Positions 60,265 through 64,000 of a stretch of DNA of 64,000 nt are shown here, piece after piece. The position numbers and the translations under genes are program-made. Below the pieces are notes generated by a model. The model was not told the origin of the DNA, did no database searches, and was given only the letters and a program-made list of their open reading frames with translations. The stretch spans positions 9,372 to 73,371 of the forward strand of contig CANJEJ010000003.1 of the NCBI GenBank assembly GCA_947473325.1, given 5' to 3'. The stretch comes from Alphaproteobacteria bacterium. GTDB taxonomy: Bacteria > Pseudomonadota > Alphaproteobacteria > SHVP01. Numbering within the stretch: the stretch's first letter is position 1; each line of letters opens with the position of its first letter.

Positions 60265-60325
60265 GGCCGCGCTGCACAAAGCTCTGGCTTTCGGCCATCC
60301 CCTTGATTCAAAAGAAAAATTCACA

Positions 60326-61918
60326 ATGACGACAACGGCACCCCCCCGCCTCGCCGTGGCTGGCTGTGGCTATTGGGGCAAGAATCTCGTGCGCAACGTG
60401 CATGCCCTGGGCTCACTAGCCGCCTGTTGCGATGCCAATCCGGCCCTCGCCAGATCGATGGCAGAACAGTACGGCGTACCGGCCAAGGACTGGGCCACGA
60501 TCATCGCCGATCCCGACATTGCCGGCGTCGTAATCGCCGCTCCTGCCGCGCTGCATGCACGCATGGCGAAGGAAGCGCTGAATGCCGGCAAGCATGTCTT
60601 CGTGGAGAAGCCGCTGGCGCTCGATCCGGCCGATGCCGCTGAACTGTGCGCCCTAGCGCGCGGCGCCCGCCGCACGCTGATGGTCGGGCACCTGCTGCAG
60701 TACCACCCGGCCTTCCTCAAGCTGAAGGCCATGGTGGGCGCTGGGGAACTTGGCCGCATCCAGTATGTCTATTCGAACCGGCTCAACTTCGGGAAGGTCC
60801 GCCAGGAAGAAAACATCCTGTGGAGCTTCGCGCCGCATGACATCTCGATGATCCTGGGCCTGATGGGCGCCGAGCCGACCGAGATCACCACAGTCGGCGC
60901 CAATTACCTGCACAAGGACATTGCTGACGTCACCACGACGCACCTGTCCTTCGCCGGCGGCCAGGAAGCTCATGTCTTTGTGTCCTGGCTGCACCCGTTC
61001 AAGGAACAAAAGCTGGTCGTCATTGCCGACCATGCGATGGCCGTGTTCGACGACAGCCAGCCCTGGGAACGCAAGCTGCTGCTCTATCCGCAGCAGGTGT
61101 CGTGGAAGGACGGGCGGCCGGAAGCCAAGGCCGTGGACGCCAAGCCCGTAGCACTGGAATCGGCCGAGCCACTGAAGATGGAATGCCAGCATTTCATCGA
61201 CTGCATCCTGTCGGGTGAGACGCCGCGCACCGATGGCGAGGAAGGGTTGCGTGTGCTGCGCGTGCTGCACGCCTCGCAGAGGTCGATGGAACTGCGGCGT
61301 CCGGTCAAACTGAGCGAGACGAAGAGCGGCGCGAAGACCGCCGGCGCAGTCATCCATGAATCCGCCTATGTCGACGACGGTGCAGAAGTCGGCGCCGGCA
61401 CCCGCATCTGGCACTTCAGCCATGTTCTGTCGCGGACGAAGGTCGGCAAGAACTGCTCGCTCGGCCAGAACGTGGTGGCAGGTCCCGACGTGACGATCGG
61501 CGATCGCTGCAAGATCCAGAACAACGTGAGCATCTACAAGGGCGTGACCCTGGAAGACGGTGTCTTCTGCGGCCCCAGTATGGTGTTCACCAACGTGATG
61601 AACCCGCGCGCCGAGATTGAGCGCAAGGACGAGTTCCGCAACACCCTGGTGAAACGCGGCGCCAGCATCGGCGCTAACGCCACCGTCGTCTGCGGCACCA
61701 CGCTGGGCAGCTATTGCTTCATTGCTGCGGGCGCGGTCGTGACCAAGGACGTCCCCGACTTCGCCATGATGGCGGGCGTGCCCGCACGCCGCATCGGCTG
61801 GATGTCGCGTTCGGGCGACAAGCTCGACGCATCGTTGACCTGCCCGCGCACGGGCGAACGCTACCGCGTAAACACGCAAGGCAACCTGGAGCTGATCGAT
61901 GACCGCCAGTCCCGTTAA
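60326..61918 (+). CDS. fused Gfo/Idh/MocA 3-dehydrogenase and hexapeptide N-acetyltransferase (WbpB-WbpD-like)
   Basis: GCGYWG, VEKP, FAPHD; C-terminal left-handed beta-helix [24 protein letters not shown]. Confidence 0.9.
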   Translation: MTTTAPPRLAVAGCGYWGKNLVRNVHALGSLAACCDANPALARSMAEQYGVPAKDWATIIADPDIAGVVIAAPAALHARMAKEALNAGKHVFVEKPLALDPADAAELCALARGARRTLMVGHLLQYHPAFLKLKAMVGAGELGRIQYVYSNRLNFGKVRQEENILWSFAPHDISMILGLMGAEPTEITTVGANYLHKDIADVTTTHLSFAGGQEAHVFVSWLHPFKEQKLVVIADHAMAVFDDSQPWERKLLLYPQQVSWKDGRPEAKAVDAKPVALESAEPLKMECQHFIDCILSGETPRTDGEEGLRVLRVLHASQRSMELRRPVKLSETKSGAKTAGAVIHESAYVDDGAEVGAGTRIWHFSHVLSRTKVGKNCSLGQNVVAGPDVTIGDRCKIQNNVSIYKGVTLEDGVFCGPSMVFTNVMNPRAEIERKDEFRNTLVKRGASIGANATVVCGTTLGSYCFIAAGAVVTKDVPDFAMMAGVPARRIGWMSRSGDKLDASLTCPRTGERYRVNTQGNLELIDDRQSR

Positions 61919-63044
61919 ATCCGCCCCCACTTCGGTAGAGTTCATCGACCTCGGGGCCCAGCAGCGGCGCATCGGCGACAAGGTCGAAGCCGCCGTCAAG
62001 CGCGTGCTAGCGCACGGCAAATACATCATGGGGCCCGAGGTGAAGACGCTGGAAGACCAGCTGTCTCGCTTTGCCGGCGTCAAGCACACCGTGAGCTGCG
62101 CGAGCGGCACCGACGCGCTGAGCCTGCCATTGATGGCACTCGGTATCGGACCGGGCGACGCGGTCTTCGTGCCGACCTTCACCTTTGCGGCGACGGCGGA
62201 AGTGGTGGCGCTGGTCGGGGCCACGCCGATCTTCGTCGATGTCGAGGCGGGCTCGTTCAACATGGACGTGAAAAGCCTCCAGCGTGCCGTCGACGCGATG
62301 CCAGCAGGCCTGACACCGAAAGGCATCATTCCGGTCGACCTGTTCGGCCAGCCCGCCGACTATGACGCGATCGACAAAGTTGCCCAGGCGAAGAACCTGT
62401 GGGTGCTCGCCGACGCCGCGCAAAGCTTTGGCGCGACGCTGGGCAACCGCCGCACCGGATCGATGGGCCGCATCGCCGGCACCAGCTTCTTTCCAGCGAA
62501 GCCGCTGGGCTGCTACGGCGACGGCGGCGCCATCTTCACCGATGACGCCGACCTGAACGACATCATGAAGTCGCTGCGCGTCCACGGTCAGGGCAGCGAC
62601 AAATACGACAATGTGCGAATCGGCATGAACGGCCGTCTGGACACGATCCAGGCTGCGGTGTTGATCGAGAAGCTCGCGATCTTCGAGGACGAGATCGCGG
62701 CGCGCCAGCGCGTGGGCAAGCGCTACAACGACCTGCTACGCGGCACCGTCATCGTTCCCGAAGTTGCCGCCAATGCCACATCTGTCTGGGCGCAATACAC
62801 CATTCGCCTGCCGAACCGCGACAAGGTGGCGGCAGCGCTGAAGGCCGAGGGCATCCCCACGGCGATCTACTATCCGCGCCCGCTGCACCAGCAGACCGCC
62901 TATCGCAACTTCCCGTCGGCACCGGGCGGCTGCCCGGTCTCGGAAAAGCTCGCCGGCGAGGTTCTGAGCCTTCCCATGCACCCCTATCTCGACACCGCGA
63001 CGCAGGACCGCATCGTCACCGCCGTCAAAGCGGCCGTGGGCTGA
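61899..63044 (+). CDS. DegT/DnrJ aminotransferase (WbpE-like)
   Basis: [36 protein letters not shown]. Confidence 0.92.
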   Translation: MTASPVKSAPTSVEFIDLGAQQRRIGDKVEAAVKRVLAHGKYIMGPEVKTLEDQLSRFAGVKHTVSCASGTDALSLPLMALGIGPGDAVFVPTFTFAATAEVVALVGATPIFVDVEAGSFNMDVKSLQRAVDAMPAGLTPKGIIPVDLFGQPADYDAIDKVAQAKNLWVLADAAQSFGATLGNRRTGSMGRIAGTSFFPAKPLGCYGDGGAIFTDDADLNDIMKSLRVHGQGSDKYDNVRIGMNGRLDTIQAAVLIEKLAIFEDEIAARQRVGKRYNDLLRGTVIVPEVAANATSVWAQYTIRLPNRDKVAAALKAEGIPTAIYYPRPLHQQTAYRNFPSAPGGCPVSEKLAGEVLSLPMHPYLDTATQDRIVTAVKAAVG

Positions 63045-63057
63045 AGGCGCCCGACCG

Positions 63058-64000
63058 ATGCGCATCCTGTCGCGCCTTCTCTGGCTGATGGTCGACATCA
63101 TCGTCGCCATCCCGCTGGTTGGCGCGCTGGCGGCGGCATCGCTGCTTGGGTATGCCCGCTACAAGCCCCCAACGCGGGGCGCGCTGCTGCATTTGTCCGG
63201 CGGCTCGTCGACCGTGCAGATCTTCCAGAAATACGGCAGTTTCGCCAAGCTGTTCGACACCGAGACACCGCCGACCGACGGCTTCACCGCCAATGTGCTG
63301 TTCTGGTTCCCGAGCGACAGTTCGCTCGCGCTCAGCTTTCCGAACGGCTGGACCGTGCTTGAGCAAGGCAAGATTCTCGGGCGGCTCACGCTGAGTGCCG
63401 TTCCGCTCTACCTTATCCGAGCCTTGCTGGCGGTGCGCCGCCACCGCGTCGCGGCGATACGTGCCTGGGACCCTGGTTTTTCAGGTCCGTGGGGCGTGCT
63501 GCTCTCGCGGCTTGTTCATGTGCCGCTCGCCGTGTCCATCCACGCCGATTACGACAAGATGGCCGAGATGAGCGGGCAACGCGGGACCCAGGCGCCGCTC
63601 GGCTCGCGCAACTTGGCGCGACGGGTGGAAAGCTTCGTGCTCCGGCGAGCCACGCTCGTGATGCCGATTCGCAGCCACCTTGCGCTGAAGGCGCGTCGCG
63701 CCGGTGTCGATCCAGCGCGGCTTGCCGTCATTCCGCACGGTGTCGATCTCGAGGAGGTCAGGCAGGCGGAAGGCAGCACGGCGCTGCGCCGGCTTGATGG
63801 CCGACGCGTACTGAGCTTCGCAGGCCGGCTCTCACGCGAAAATTATGTCGATGACATTCTTGAACTCGCACGGCTGCTGGGCGACCGCCACGATGTGTGC
63901 ATCGCCATCGCGGGCCATGGTCCGGAAGAAGCGCGGCTCAAGGCCCTACAGGCCGCCGATCCCGTCCTGCAGCGGACGGTCGTCTTCCTCGGTGCCTTGT
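63058..64000 (+). CDS. glycosyltransferase family 4 (partial, runs off window; absent from ORF track)
   Basis: Hand translation open to window end: MRILSRLL...VIPHGVD...FAGRLSREN...IAGHGPEE...VVFLGAL. Confidence 0.85.
   Translation, partial: MRILSRLLWLMVDIIVAIPLVGALAAASLLGYARYKPPTRGALLHLSGGSSTVQIFQKYGSFAKLFDTETPPTDGFTANVLFWFPSDSSLALSFPNGWTVLEQGKILGRLTLSAVPLYLIRALLAVRRHRVAAIRAWDPGFSGPWGVLLSRLVHVPLAVSIHADYDKMAEMSGQRGTQAPLGSRNLARRVESFVLRRATLVMPIRSHLALKARRAGVDPARLAVIPHGVDLEEVRQAEGSTALRRLDGRRVLSFAGRLSRENYVDDILELARLLGDRHDVCIAIAGHGPEEARLKALQAADPVLQRTVVFLGAL

Overview
GC-rich chromosomal segment from an alphaproteobacterium. The gene order hemC-hemD/Mic60-hemY-tRNA-Thr, tsaD-gpsA-yciI-EVE and acs-DUF1674-htpX-rsmB-rpe-heparinase suggests this; a Rhodospirillales-like host is an inference. 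It carries about 62 CDS and one tRNA-Thr(CGT). I saw no integrase, transposase, CRISPR array or rRNA. Core genes (pyc, mmsA, hemCDY, tsaD, gpsA, acs, rpe) are interleaved with accessory blocks: a TPP-enzyme/Rid/SBP/bicupin cluster, an EF-hand-ECF-anti-sigma-CpxP-like-MacAB operon, an mlaC-Sel1-mlaA unit, several tandem paralog pairs, and the start of a diacetamido-uronic-acid polysaccharide locus. Most notable: (1) a secreted protein with eukaryotic calmodulin architecture, inserted with a His-elbow double alpha/beta-hydrolase between duplicated yciI genes; (2) a structured sRNA candidate with repeated UCCCCC loops at 6-161; (3) a perfect ops (RfaH) consensus in the polysaccharide operon leader; (4) a Sel1 protein with about 11 copies of an FtsZ-tail-like motif; (5) the EF-hand/ECF/efflux operon. 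Start codons were adjusted by eye from the ORF track; family calls rest on motif recognition, not database searches.
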